DNA of 56,408 nucleotides, from assembly GCF_000315625.1 (NCBI RefSeq), contig NW_005434593.1, positions 1-56,408 of the forward strand, given 5' to 3'. Both the position numbers and the translations under genes were made by a program. How positions within the stretch are numbered: position 1 is the stretch's first letter; each line of letters begins with the position of its first letter. The DNA is from Guillardia theta CCMP2712 (Eukaryota; Protista; Cryptophyta). The notes under the pieces were generated by a model, which saw only the letters and a program-made list of their open reading frames with translations, searched no databases and had not been told where the DNA came from. Positions 25,549 through 36,835 of the stretch are shown here, piece by piece.

Positions 25549-25878
25549 ATGTCTTCCTCCTCCCACGACTGGCAAGCCTCCCTCGTCCCCCTCGTCCCTC
25601 CCCTCCCGCCCCAGACGGCCCCGCTGCTTCGCGTCTACCTTGTGCTGGCGGTGGGCATGCTGGCGGGGCTGGCCGGCGCTGTGGTCCGGGGGGTCGCCTG
25701 GCTCCTGCAAGACGACGGCATCGACTCCCCCGACGCTCTGGGCTCTTGTCTCCGGCTCCCGTCGGCCCCCCGCCCGGACGCCGAGCGGGCGAGGAGCCAT
25801 GGCGGCTTCGACAGGCGGAGGCTGCAGCAGCCGCACTTCAACCAGACCTTCAGGGTCAGGCGCGTCGGCGTCGTCTAG
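25549..25878 (+). CDS. Array ORF-B copy 3 (AVVRGV allele)
   Basis: Same 109 aa frame. Confidence 0.55.
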   Translation: MSSSSHDWQASLVPLVPPLPPQTAPLLRVYLVLAVGMLAGLAGAVVRGVAWLLQDDGIDSPDALGSCLRLPSAPRPDAERARSHGGFDRRRLQQPHFNQTFRVRRVGVV

Positions 25879-26527
25879 GCAGGCGTCGCCATGTACACTA
25901 GGCAGCCATGTAGAGTAATAAACCGCACCACATGACCTCAGTCGCCTCGCGCGTCCTGGCGGAGTGAGCGGGGGAAGGGGAGGAAGAGAGGAAGAGGAAG
26001 AGGAAGAAGGAGCAAGAGCGTGGGGCGGAGAGTCAATAGAAGAAGGAGGAAAGAGACGAGGAGGGAGTCGGCACTGGCGCGAGGAGGCTTGTAGGTGCTG
26101 GAAGATGGGGATCAGGACAGGAGGAGGGGGGCGAATCTTGCATCATCACACTCACTGTCATTGTTTGGGTAGGATGTGCTTGCATGCTGTTGGTGCTGGA
26201 GCTTGCTGAGCGAGATGAGGTCTCGCCTACCTCCTTCGCATCACAGGATTGCACTCCAAGGCGTGTGTGGTTGGATCTGTATGTATGTGTTGCAATCATC
26301 ATGTGATAGATCGTCAAGCATCATCACATGTTGAGAGTTGATGAGAGAGACTTTTGCTTGAGAGCCTGTCATTGTGTCTCTCTCGATGTAGACTAGCAGT
26401 GTAGACTACGTGTAGAGCTGCTCTCTGCCAGAAACTGGCCGGGCAGGATATCGCTTCGAGCATCTCCACGATTATACGTTTTCATTGCGTTAATGTTTGT
26501 TCTAATCTACATGAGTGTCTTTCGAGT

Positions 26528-26839
26528 CTACAAGACTAGGCCTTCGCCAGTCGCTGAGATGACCTCAGGTCGGTCTTTGTCTTCAATCAATCTGATTGAA
26601 TGCACAAGCGCCTCCAGTTGTTTGCTTCTTGACGGGCAGCCGTAAAGCTCCCGTCGGCCTTCCTCGGATAGCGGAAGGATCGCTTTGGAGTGGCTCGCTC
26701 TATCTTGATACTTGATCTCTGCTTGGACCCTCCTGGACACGTCCCGGAAAGATGAAGCATCTGCTCTATCAGCATGCTCGTCGAAGCTTGCCAAGGAGAG
26801 GTCAGGGAAGCTGGGTTGTTGGTCTACCTCGAGGTTCAT
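26528..26839 (-). CDS. Array ORF-A copy 4
   Basis: Same 103 aa frame; protein identical to copy 1. Confidence 0.5.
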   Translation of the reverse strand: MNLEVDQQPSFPDLSLASFDEHADRADASSFRDVSRRVQAEIKYQDRASHSKAILPLSEEGRRELYGCPSRSKQLEALVHSIRLIEDKDRPEVISATGEGLVL

Positions 26840-27517
26840 CGCTGCTCTTCACTCTTGGGGGAGTAGCTTGACAGGGAGGATGCTTTGAGTGTCGGCCGGC
26901 TGCTGGACGGGGAGGTGAAGCACAAGGAGACTGACTCGTGCTGGGGAGAGAGGCGGGGGGTTGGGTTGCAGTCTCTCTACCATCCCGTCCTTATAATGCC
27001 AGGAGGTTCAAAGTGAGAGGATGCGTTCTTTGCCCAGTGGAAGGTGAGGGGGTAGGGGTGCCTCTACTGTACCGGATTCCTCCATGTCGCGGAGGAGATC
27101 GACAGGGTGGGTAGTGTCAACTCATATAGTCACGTACCTAGTCGAGTGAAGTCATGCTTCGACAACGAAGAGGTCATGGCCGTCCCATCGAAAGGGTGCG
27201 AGATTCAGTCGGAGTAGACATGCCAAGATGCCAAGCGATCTGATTATCTCTCCCCGGTCATCGAGCTCTTCGATCCGATGCGATTGATCGTCAAGACGAC
27301 AGCGTGACCTAGTCAGCAACCCCTTCCCATGGGCGTTCGCAAGTCTCCCGTCCAAGCACTCCCCGACGTGCCTCACCCGCGTGACCGGCGGGGGGCCTCG
27401 TTGCCCCTTACAAGAGCCTTCGCTCCGCCTCCCGCTCCCTCCTCCGCACCTGCCTCTTCCTGACCCTCTCGTCCTCCTCCCAGTAGCCCCCGCCCTCTCC
27501 TGAGCCCTCGCCCCGTC

Positions 27518-27847
27518 ATGTCCTCCTCCTCCCACGACTGGCAAGCCCCCCTCGTCCCCCTCGTCCCTCCCCTCCCGCCCCTGACGGCCCCGCTGCTTCG
27601 CGTCTACCTCGTGCTGGCGGTGGGCATGCTGGTGGGGCTGGCCGGCGCTGTGGTCCGGGGGGTCGCCTGGCTCCTGCAAGACGACGGCATCGACTCCCCC
27701 GACGCTCTGGGCTCTTGTCTCCGGCTCCTGTCGGCCCCCCGCCCGGACGCCGAGCGGGCGAGGAGCCATGGCGGCTTCGACAGGCGGAGGCTGCAGCAGC
27801 CGCACTTCAACCAGACCTTCAGGGTCAGGCGCGTCGGCGTCGTCTAG
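27518..27847 (+). CDS. Array ORF-B copy 4 (most divergent; AVVRGV allele)
   Basis: Same 109 aa frame, with synonymous (TCT>TCC, CTT>CTC) and non-synonymous changes. Confidence 0.55.
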   Translation: MSSSSHDWQAPLVPLVPPLPPLTAPLLRVYLVLAVGMLVGLAGAVVRGVAWLLQDDGIDSPDALGSCLRLLSAPRPDAERARSHGGFDRRRLQQPHFNQTFRVRRVGVV

Positions 27848-28505
27848 GCAGGCGTCGCCATGTACACCAGGCAGCCATGTAGAGTAATAAACCGCACCAC
27901 ACGACCACAGTCGCCTCGCGCGTCCTGGCGGAGTCAGCGAGGGAAGGGGAGGAAGAGAGGAGGAGCAAGAGAAGGGAGGGGCAAGAGCGGGGAGCGGAGA
28001 GTCGAAAGAAGAAGGAGGAAAGAGACGAGGAGGGAGTCGGCACTGGCGAGGAGGCTTGTAGGTGCTGGAAGATGGGGATCAGGACAGGAGGAGAGGGGCG
28101 AATCTTGCATCATCACACCCACTGTCATGGGTGCATCGTGGTGTTGGGCAGGAGGTGCTTGCATGCTGTTGGTGCTGGAGCTTGCTGAGCGAGATGAGGT
28201 CTCGCCTACCTCCTTCGCATGACAGGATTGCACTTCAAGGCGTGTATGGTTGGATCTGTATGCATGTGCTGCAATCATCATGTGATAGATCGTCAAGCAT
28301 CATCACATGTTGAGAGTTGATGAGAGAGACTTTTGCTTGAGAGCCGGTCATTGTGTCTCTCTCGATGTAGACTAGCACTGTAGACTACGTGTAGAGCTCT
28401 CTCTGCCAGAAACTGGCCGGGCAGGATATCGCTTCGAGCATCTCCACGATTATACGTTTTTATTGCGTTAATGTTTGTTCTAATCTACATGAGTGTCTTT
28501 CGAGT

Positions 28506-28817
28506 CTACAAGACTAGGCCTTCGCCAGTCGCTGAGATGACCTCAGGTCGGTCTTTGTCTTCAATCAATCTGATTGAATGCACAAGCGCCTCCAGTTGTT
28601 TGCTTCTTGACGGGCAGCCGTAAAGCTCCCGTCGGCCTTGCTCGGATAGCGGAAGGATCGCTTTGGAGTGGCTCGCTCTATCTTGATACTTGATCTCTGC
28701 TTGGACCCTCCTGGACACGTCCCGGAAAGATGAAGCATCTGCTCTATCAGCATGCTCGACGAAGCTTGCCAAGGAGAGGTCAGGGAAGCTGGGTTGATGG
28801 TCTACCTCGAGGTTCAT
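28506..28817 (-). CDS. Array ORF-A copy 5
   Basis: Same 103 aa frame. Confidence 0.5.
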   Translation of the reverse strand: MNLEVDHQPSFPDLSLASFVEHADRADASSFRDVSRRVQAEIKYQDRASHSKAILPLSEQGRRELYGCPSRSKQLEALVHSIRLIEDKDRPEVISATGEGLVL

Positions 28818-29505
28818 CGCTGCTCTTCACTCTTGGGGGAGTAGCTTGACAGGGAGGATGCTTTGAGTGTCGGCCGGCTGCTGGACGGGGAGGTGAAGCA
28901 CAAGGAGACTGACTCGTGCTGGGGAGCGAGGCGGGGGGTTGGGTTGCAGTCTCTCTTCTCATCCCGTCCTGATAAAGCCACGAGGTTCAAAGTGAGAGGA
29001 TGCGTTCTTTGCCCAGTGGAAGGTGAGGGGGTAGGGGTGCCTCTACTGTACCGGATTCCTCCATGTCGCGGAGGAGATCGACAGGGTGGGTGGTGTCAAC
29101 TCATATAGTCACGTACCTAGTCGAGTGAAGTCATGCTTCGACAACGAAGAGGTCATGGCCGTCCCATCGATACGGTGCGAGATTCAGTCGGAGTAGACAT
29201 GCCAAGGTGCCAAGCGGTCTGATTTTCTTGCATCCGTGACCTCCCCGGTCATCGAGCTCTTCGACTCGATGCGATTGATCGTCAAGACGACAGCGTGACC
29301 TAGTCAGCAACCCCTTCCCATGTGCGTTCGCATGTCTCCCGTCCTAGCACTCCCCGACGTGCCTCCCCCGCGTGACCCGCGGGTGACCTCGTTGCCCCTT
29401 ACAAGAGCCTTCGCTCCGCCTCCCGCTCCATCCTCCGCGCCTGCCCCCCTCCCCTCTCGTCCTCCTCCCAGTACCCCCCGCCCTCTCCTGAGCCCTCGCC
29501 CCGTC

Positions 29506-29835
29506 ATGTCCTCCTCCTCCCACGACTGGCAAGCCTCCCTCGTCCCCCTCGTCCCTCCCCTCCCGCCCCAGACGGCCCCGCTGCTTCGCGTCTACCTTGT
29601 GCTGGCGGTGGGCATGCTGGCGGGGCTGGCCGGCGCTCTCGCGCAGGGGGTCGCCTGGCTCCTGCAAGACGACGGCATCGACTCCCCCGACGCTCTGGGC
29701 TCTTGTCTCCGGCTCCCGTCGGCCCCCCGCCCGGACGCCGAGCGGGCGAGGAGCCATGGCGGCTTCGACAGGCGGAGGCTGCAGCAGCCGCACTTCAACC
29801 AGACCTTCAGGGTCAGGCGCGTCGGCGTCGTCTAG
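29506..29835 (+). CDS. Array ORF-B copy 5
   Basis: Same 109 aa frame. Confidence 0.55.
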   Translation: MSSSSHDWQASLVPLVPPLPPQTAPLLRVYLVLAVGMLAGLAGALAQGVAWLLQDDGIDSPDALGSCLRLPSAPRPDAERARSHGGFDRRRLQQPHFNQTFRVRRVGVV

Positions 29836-30496
29836 GCAGGCGTCGCCATGTACACTAGGCAGCCATGTAGAGTAATAAACCGCACCACATGACCTCAGTC
29901 GCCTCGCGCGTCCTGGCGGAGTCAGCGGGGGAAGGGGAGGAAGAGAGGAGGAGCAAGAGAAGAGAGGAGCAAGAGCGGGGAGCGGAGAGTCGGAAGAAGA
30001 AGCAGATAAGAGATGAGACGAGGGAGTCGGCACTGGCGAGGAGGCTTGTAGGTGCTGGAAGATGGGGATCAGGACAGGAGGAGGGGGGCGAATCTTGCAT
30101 CATAACACCCACTGTCATGGGTGCATCGTGGTGTTGGGTAGGAGGTGCTTGCATGCTGTTGGTGCTGGAGCTTGCTGAGCGAGATGAGGTCTCGCCTACC
30201 TCCTTCGCATGACAGGATTGCACTCCAAGGCGTGTATGGTTGGATCTGTATGTATGTGTTGCAATCATCATGTGATAGATCGTCAAGCATCATCACATGT
30301 TGAGAGTTGATGAGAGAGACTTTTGCTTGAGAGCCTGTCATTGTGTCTCTCTCGATGTAGACTAGCAGTGTAGACTACGTGTAGAGCTGCTCTCTGCCAG
30401 AAACTGGCCGGGCAGGATATCGCTTCGAGCATCTCCACGATTATACGTTTTTATTGCGTTAATGTTTGTTCTAATCTACATGAGTGTCTTTCGAGT

Positions 30497-30808
30497 CTAC
30501 AAGACTAGGCCTTCGCCAGTCGCTGAGATGACCTCAGGTCGGTCTTTGTCTTCAATCAATCTGATTGAATGCACAAGCGCCTCCAGTTGTTTGCTTCTTG
30601 ACGGGCAGCCGTAAAGCTCCCGTCGGCCTTGCTCGGATAGCGGAAGGATCGCTTTGGAGTGGCTCGCTCTATCTTGATACTTGATCTCTGCTTGGACCCT
30701 CCTGGACACGTCCCGGAAAGATGAAGCATCTGCTCTATCAGCATGCTCGTCGAAGCTTGCCAAGGAGAGGTCAGGGAAGCCGGGTTGTTGGTCTATCTCG
30801 AGGTTCAT
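30497..30808 (-). CDS. Array ORF-A copy 6
   Basis: Same 103 aa frame. Confidence 0.5.
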   Translation of the reverse strand: MNLEIDQQPGFPDLSLASFDEHADRADASSFRDVSRRVQAEIKYQDRASHSKAILPLSEQGRRELYGCPSRSKQLEALVHSIRLIEDKDRPEVISATGEGLVL

Positions 30809-31479
30809 CGCTGCTCTTCACTCGTGGGGGAGTAGCTTGACAGGGAAGATGCTTTGAGTGTCGGCCGGCTGCTGGACGGGGAGGTGAAGCACAAGGAGAC
30901 TGACTCGTGCTGGGGAGAGAGGCGGGGGGTTGGGTTGCAGTCTCTCTACCATCCCGTCCTGATAAAGCCACGAGGTTCAAAGTGAGAGGATGCGTTCTTT
31001 GCCCAGTGGAAGGTGAGGGGGTAGGGGTGCCTCTACTGTACCGGATTCCTCCATGTCGCGGAGGAGATCGACAGGGTGGGTGGTGTCAACTCATATAGTC
31101 ACGTACCTAGTCAGAGTGAAGTCATGCTTCGACAACGAAGAGGTCATGGCCGTCCCATCGAAAGGGTGCGAGATTCAGTCGGAGTAGACATGCCAAGGTG
31201 CCAAGCGGTCTGATTTGCTTGCGTTTGATTGTCAGCAACCCCTTCCCATGGGCGTTCGCATGTCTCCCGTCCCAGCACTCCCCGACGTGCCTCCCCCGCG
31301 TGACCCGCGGGTNNNNNNNNNNNNNNNNNNNNNNNNNNNNNNNNNNNNNNNNNNNNNNNNNNNNNNNNNNNNNNNNNNNNNNNNNNNNNNNNNNNNNNNN
31401 NNNNNNNNNNNNNNNNNNNNNNNNNNNNNNNNNNNNNNNNNNNNNNNNNNNNNNNNNNNNNNNNNNNNNNNNNNNNNNN

Positions 31480-31762
31480 CCCTCCCCTCCCGCCCCAGAC
31501 GGCCCCGCTGCTTCGCGTCTACCTTGTGCTGGCGGTGGGCATGCTGGCGGGGCTGGCCGGCGCTCTCGCGCAGGGGGTCGCCTGGCTCCTGCAAGACGAC
31601 GGCATCGACTGCCCCGACGCTCTGGGCTCTTGTCTCCGGCTCCCGTCGGCCCCCCGCCCGGACGCCGAGCGGGCGAGGAGCCATGGCGGCTTCGACAGGC
31701 GGAGGCTGCAGCAGCCGCACTTCAACCAGACCTTCAGGGTCAGGCGCGTCGGCGTCGTCTAG
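31480..31762 (+). CDS. Array ORF-B copy 6 (5' end in gap)
   Basis: Same frame and stop codon; the start falls in the N-run at 31313-31479. Confidence 0.5.
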
Positions 31763-32864
31763 GCAGGCGTCGCCATGTACACTAGGCAGCCATGTAGAGT
31801 AATAAACCGCACCACATGACCTCAGTCGCCTTTCGCGTCCTGGCGGAGTCAGCGGGGGAAGGGGAGGGCGAGAGGAGGAGGTAGGAAAAAGAGCGTGGGG
31901 TTGAGAGTGGGAAGAAGGAGGAAAGAGATGTTGGAGATCGGCACTGGCGCGAGGAGGCTTGTAGGTGCTGTGCGAGGAGCAAGAGAGGATCAGGGCTGGA
32001 GACTCTTGCTACAAGCCAGCCGTCGCATGTTTTTTGCTTTCTTTCTCCTGCTGCCTGTCCAAGAGGGAGAGACCTTGTAAGGCGAGGATGGTCGTGAGGT
32101 GATATGTCAGCATGTTGTCTTGTTGGAGGAAGGGACGGTTGTTCTATCAGATTTCTTGGACTGACACCAGACACCAGATGTCTTCCAGATCAGAGATGCT
32201 ATTTCAACAGCATAAGCTACATCGCTCAGTTGAAATGTTGACGTCTGGCATCGACAAACTTGCTAAGGTTTTGTGGTGGAGTATGAAGCAGGGAGGAACA
32301 TGTTCACAGCGATGTTTATGATGCTTTTCTTGTTTAATAATGAGACAATCTGATCTTCTTTACCAGGGGCGGTTGTCGAGGTCAGAGTTCCATGAGGGCC
32401 AAGTGCCGTTGAAGGCAAGGGGGAGCTGCTCATGCTGCAGACAAGACCGTTAGCACCAGCCATGCTTTCATTCCCTTCCCCTCTTCCTCCTCCTCCCCCT
32501 TCCGCTTCCATCTTCCTCTCCTTCTCCTTGTTATGATTGACTCACATGCTGATACTCCTGACGCCACATCCACAAAGTCTGAAACATTTTGATTGTCTGT
32601 GGAAGAATCAGTCAGGGAAAATTACAGCTTTCAGGCATATAACACTGTCGGACTGTTTTCTAATCAGCAGCTGCTGTCTAGAAAACAGTCCTGTGACTTC
32701 AATTTAATCCCTCTGCTCAATTCAGCCCTATCTCTCTTCATTGTTCCCTATTTTCTTCACCAAACATCTTCGGTTGGTGCTTTTGACGCGAATTCCTCTA
32801 CCTCCCGCACGAACTTTTTCTTACATCGCCTTTCGACGCCTCCTCACCTACCCTTCCAACTCCC

Positions 32865-33128
32865 TAGCTCTCCCCCTAGCTCTCCCTCCTCTTCATCTCC
32901 CTCCTCTTCATCTCCCTCCTCTTCATCTTCCTCCTCTAGCCCTCCCTCCTCTTCATCATCTTCCTCCTCTTCATCTCCCTCCTCTTCATCTTCCTCCTCT
33001 AGCCCTCCCTCCTCTTCATCATCTTCCTCCTCTTCATCTCCCTCCTCTTCATCTTCCTCCTCTAGCTCTCCCTCCTCTTCATCTTCTTCCTCTTCATCTC
33101 CCTCCTCTTCATCTTCTTCCTCTTCTTC
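32865..33128. repeat. Compound minisatellite (TCTCCCTCCTCTTCA-type 15-mers with higher-order repeats)
   Basis: Repeated TCTTCATCTCCCTCC / TCTTCCTCCTCTAGC units; reads as an acidic DEEEG repeat on the minus strand. Confidence 0.85.
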
Positions 33129-33930
33129 GCACAGGTCCCTCACCTTTTTCTTGCTCCTCGCTTTCGCGCTTCTCCTTTTATCTTGACTAAAAAAGATCTA
33201 TTTCCGGCATCACCAAATCCGTCCACTAGAACAACTTTACAAGTTGGCCCTCCGACTCAGTAACCTGGTCCGGCCCCCGGACTCGGCCGGCGTGCCGGGC
33301 CCGGCCTGACGGGCCAGTGACTTAACACTTTGAGTAAAGTGGCCCAGTGCCACCGGCCCAGTGCACGACTCCGGGCCCGGGAATTCCCCTGAGGCCGGCC
33401 GCCGGCAGGGTGACTGAGGAGCCGCCGGGGCAGGGAAACGGTTGAACGATTCCGCTAGTCGCCGCCTACTCAGTCGGACTCGTTGCCGCATGGACTGACC
33501 GGAACCGTCACAAGTCACTGGGCAAGAAGTAGAGTTGTGTGTATTTCATGCTCCTCCTATCTCCTCTCCCTCCCCTCCTCATCCTCTTTCTCCTCCTCCT
33601 CCCGCCGCTCCCCTCCCTCCCCTTCTCCTCCTCCTCCCTCCCCTTCTCCTCCTCCTCCCTCCCCCTGTACTTGGTTTTCTGTATCCCTGTCCCTCTCATC
33701 CTGCTCCTCCTCTCGCCTCTCTTCTTGTTTGTCCGTCGTTTGTTTTCCCTGCTCCTTCAAGGTGACCAGTTAGCCCAACATGATTGACCTTCAACCAATC
33801 CTCCCTCTCCCTCCCCTTCCTCCTCCCACCCGCAACTCTTTCCCTCCTCCCTCTCCCTCCTCTCCCTCCTCTTCATTGCTCCACCCACAACTCTCACTGC
33901 AAACTCTCCTCCTCCCTTCTCCTCACCTCC

Positions 33931-34010
33931 TCAAGAGTATTCACGTTGAGCACCCGAGGAGCACTGACGGGGTAAGGTTTCTGCTAGAGAAAATCAGGCA
34001 GAAACAGGAA

Positions 34011-34064
<54 letters not shown>

Positions 34065-36623
34065 GTGTGGAAGGGAGGGAGGGGAAGGAAGCAAGCCAGG
34101 GACCTGCGAGGTTTGCTGTTGCTGCTCTTCGAGACTTTTCTTGATGGTCTTCTCAAAAGCTTCTCGAGCCTCCGCAGACCAGTGAGACCTGCACCAACCT
34201 CTTATCTTCCTGACCCTGCCCCTGCTCCTGCTCCTGCTCCTGCTCCTGCCCCTGCCCCTGCCCCTGCCCCTGCCCCTGCTCCTCTTCTCCTCCTGCTCCC
34301 TGCTCCCTGNNNNNNNNNNNNNNNNNNNNNNNNNNNNNNNNNNNNNNNNNNNNNNNNNNNNNNNNNNNNNNNNNNNNNNNNNNNNNNNNNNNNNNNNNNN
34401 NNNNNNNNNCTCCTCCTTCTCCTCCTCGCTCCCTGCTCCCTGCTCCCTGCTCCCTGCTCCCTGCTCCCTGCTCCCTGCTCCCTGCTCCCTGCTCCCTGCT
34501 CCCTGCTCCCTGCTCCCTGCTCCCTGCTCCCTGCTCCCTGCTCCTCCCTCCCTTCTGCACCCTCACTCCTTCCTCCTCGTGCTCCCTTCTCCCTCCTCTG
34601 CCCCTCATCATGATCCTCATTATGATCTCAAACAACAATATTCCTTTCCATGTTCTCAACTCTCCTGTCTCCCACGTAAACCCTTCCCGTCCTCACCTCA
34701 TCCTTGCTGCTTCCTCCTCGTGATTGCCACCACCGCCATCCTCCTCCTCCTCCTCCCTCTCTCCCTCGCCCCCGCGCTGACCTCCGCCTGCTCCTCTCGT
34801 CAGTTCCTCGCATCGTTCTTCTCCTCTGACCTTCCGAGTCGGTCGTCCTCGTCGCTCCTCCCTCAGCGCTCGCTCCTCCGCGGCATTCAACACCTTTGGA
34901 TCGCTACCCCTTCCGCTTCTCGCACCGCCTCCTTCTCCTCCTACTCCTCCTACTCCTTCTGCTGCTCCTCCCGCTCCTCCCGCTCCTCCCGCTCCTCCCG
35001 CTCCCTCTGGCACGGGTCCAGCCAGTATGGCTCCCACCACTTGCTGAGGATGCTTCTGCTGATAGAGAGCAAGAGCTTCGACCTGCAGCAGGTTGAGAGG
35101 CAGACGAGGAGCGGGAAAGGAGTAGAAGCGAAGGACAGAAGAGGAGGAGCAGGTGTTGGTGGTGGTGGAGGAGGAGAAGGAGGGGGAGGAGAAGGAGGGG
35201 GGGGAGGAGGAGGAGAAGAGGGAGGGGGAGGAGGAAGGGGAGAAAGAGGAGGAGGTGTGAGACAGGGAAAGAGATGAGGATCAAGGAACAGACCAGGGAG
35301 GAATGAAGGTCGAGGAGAGCCTGCAGTCTTGCTTCTTCCTCCGTCCGCTGGATCGACAGCTCGAGCTGCAACCCATCAGCCGCTGTGATAGAGAAATACA
35401 AGAGGAGAAAGAGAGAAATGATCATCATAAAGAGTCAGACAGTGAGGAGGTGGGGGGGGCGGGGAGGGGGGGGAAGAGAGTCAGGCGAGAGAGAGAAGAG
35501 AGTTTGTCTTCACCTTCTTTCTGTATTCCGTCGCATTCCTGGCAACCTGCAAGCTTGCTCTTCAACATACTTGTCTTCCCTCACCCCCTTCCTCCTCCTC
35601 CCTCTCTGCTCTCCCTTCATCTCACTGCCTCACTCCCTTCTGATGCCGCCCCACCGCCACCACCATCCCCTGCTCCCCTCTCCCTCCTTCTCTTCGTTTC
35701 TCACTTGCGACAAGATCTCCTCATCCGGGTCGGCGGCTGCGAGGCAGTCGAGGAGCAGCTCAAGGGACCCTCGTGCCATCTTCATCTCCTCCTCATCCGT
35801 CTCCCGCGTCCTCTGACCCCCCTGCTGCTCGCCCCCGTCACACCACCAGCCGCTCACTCCTCCTGCTCACCCTCGGTTGGTGCGCCGGGGCAGCAGGAGC
35901 AGGACGACGCGACCCGTCGGCACCCTCGTACGGCCAGGAGACGATGGTTCCCTCGCAGAGGAGGCAGAAATGATCGTCCCAGAGCCAGTCGCCTGCGCCG
36001 TGGAGGTTACAACAGCCCTCTGCCGCCGCTGCTCCTCCGCTCCCTCCTCCTAACCGCGGGCTGCTGCTCCGCAGTCGTTCACGCATGGCACCGTCCGCTT
36101 GCCGCAGCCTGAGCACCTGACAAACTAGAGGATCAGGGAAGGGAGAGAAAGAAGAAAGAAGAGCAGGGAAGGGGGTGGGAGAGGACGAGGACGAGGACGA
36201 GGAGCAGAATGAGTTCAACTTGTAGACGGATCGCCACAGCCCAGGAATCCAAGTCTGCTCTTGTCGGAGATGTTCAGTCCTGTTCGATCAGGCTGTTACT
36301 GAAAGACAACGAGGCAGACAGGCAGGAGGCGAGGAGATGACGTGAGGGAAGGTGATTGGATGAGGTAAGGGGAAATCCGGGAGAATGTAGTGAGTGAAGA
36401 TGCACAGGTGAAGGGAGGACGGAGAAGAGGAGAGAGAGCGAGAGGACGCTTCAACACCTCTTGAGGCAGTAGGAGCACCATCCTCGCTCAGTGATCCTGT
36501 CATTCCACTTCTGTTGATCATCGTCAGGGACTTCCTCCCAGTCCTCTTCTCCCGAACAACAACTTCATCTTCCCACTTCTTACAATCTCTCAAGCCCTTC
36601 ATCGCCCACTCATCGTTGTCCAT
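33931..36623 (-). CDS. Multi-exon protein with a Cys-rich putative Zn-binding module and a GAT-like helical domain
   Basis: Spliced reading: ...TEHLRQEQTWIPGLWRSVYK|CSGCGKRTVPCVNDCGAAAR|GDWLWDDHFCLLCEGTIVSWP ... MKMARGSLELLLDCLAAADPDEEILSQ|VARNATEYRKK|LELSIQRTEEEARLQALLDLHSSL|VEALALYQQK ... SHWSAEAREAFEKTIKKSLEEQQ. Both ends are approximate. Confidence 0.65.
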
Positions 36624-36748
36624 TCTTGAATCCCAATGCCCCTCGCCTCTAGGTTTCGATCTCCGCTCGTCGATCTTTCCCCTCTCGCAGCTCTTCTCCA
36701 CCGATCTCTCCCTACATGTTCTTTGCACTCTCTCCTTCTGACATCATC

Positions 36749-36835
<87 letters not shown>

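Larger units (their letters stand above)
20432..31970. repeat. Tandem array of ~2.0 kb units (5 complete plus 1 partial)
   Basis: TGGCCGGGCAGGATATCGCTTCGAGCATCTCCACG recurs at 20432, 22433, 24436, 26436, 28414 and 30405 (periods 2001, 2003, 2000, 1978, 1991). Homology stops after GTAGGTGCTG at 31970. Confidence 0.98.

Noticed and set aside
20432-31970. rDNA, 5S, snRNA or histone repeat, or LTR element
   Set aside because: I could not recognise any rRNA, tRNA, snRNA, histone, RT, integrase or transposase motif in the unit. An Infernal search would be needed to exclude an ncRNA fully.
32050-32800. Possible minus-strand exons (e.g. HEQLPLAFNGTWPSWNSDLDNRPW)
   Set aside because: Splice-like signals exist, but I could not build a coherent gene model or recognise a domain.
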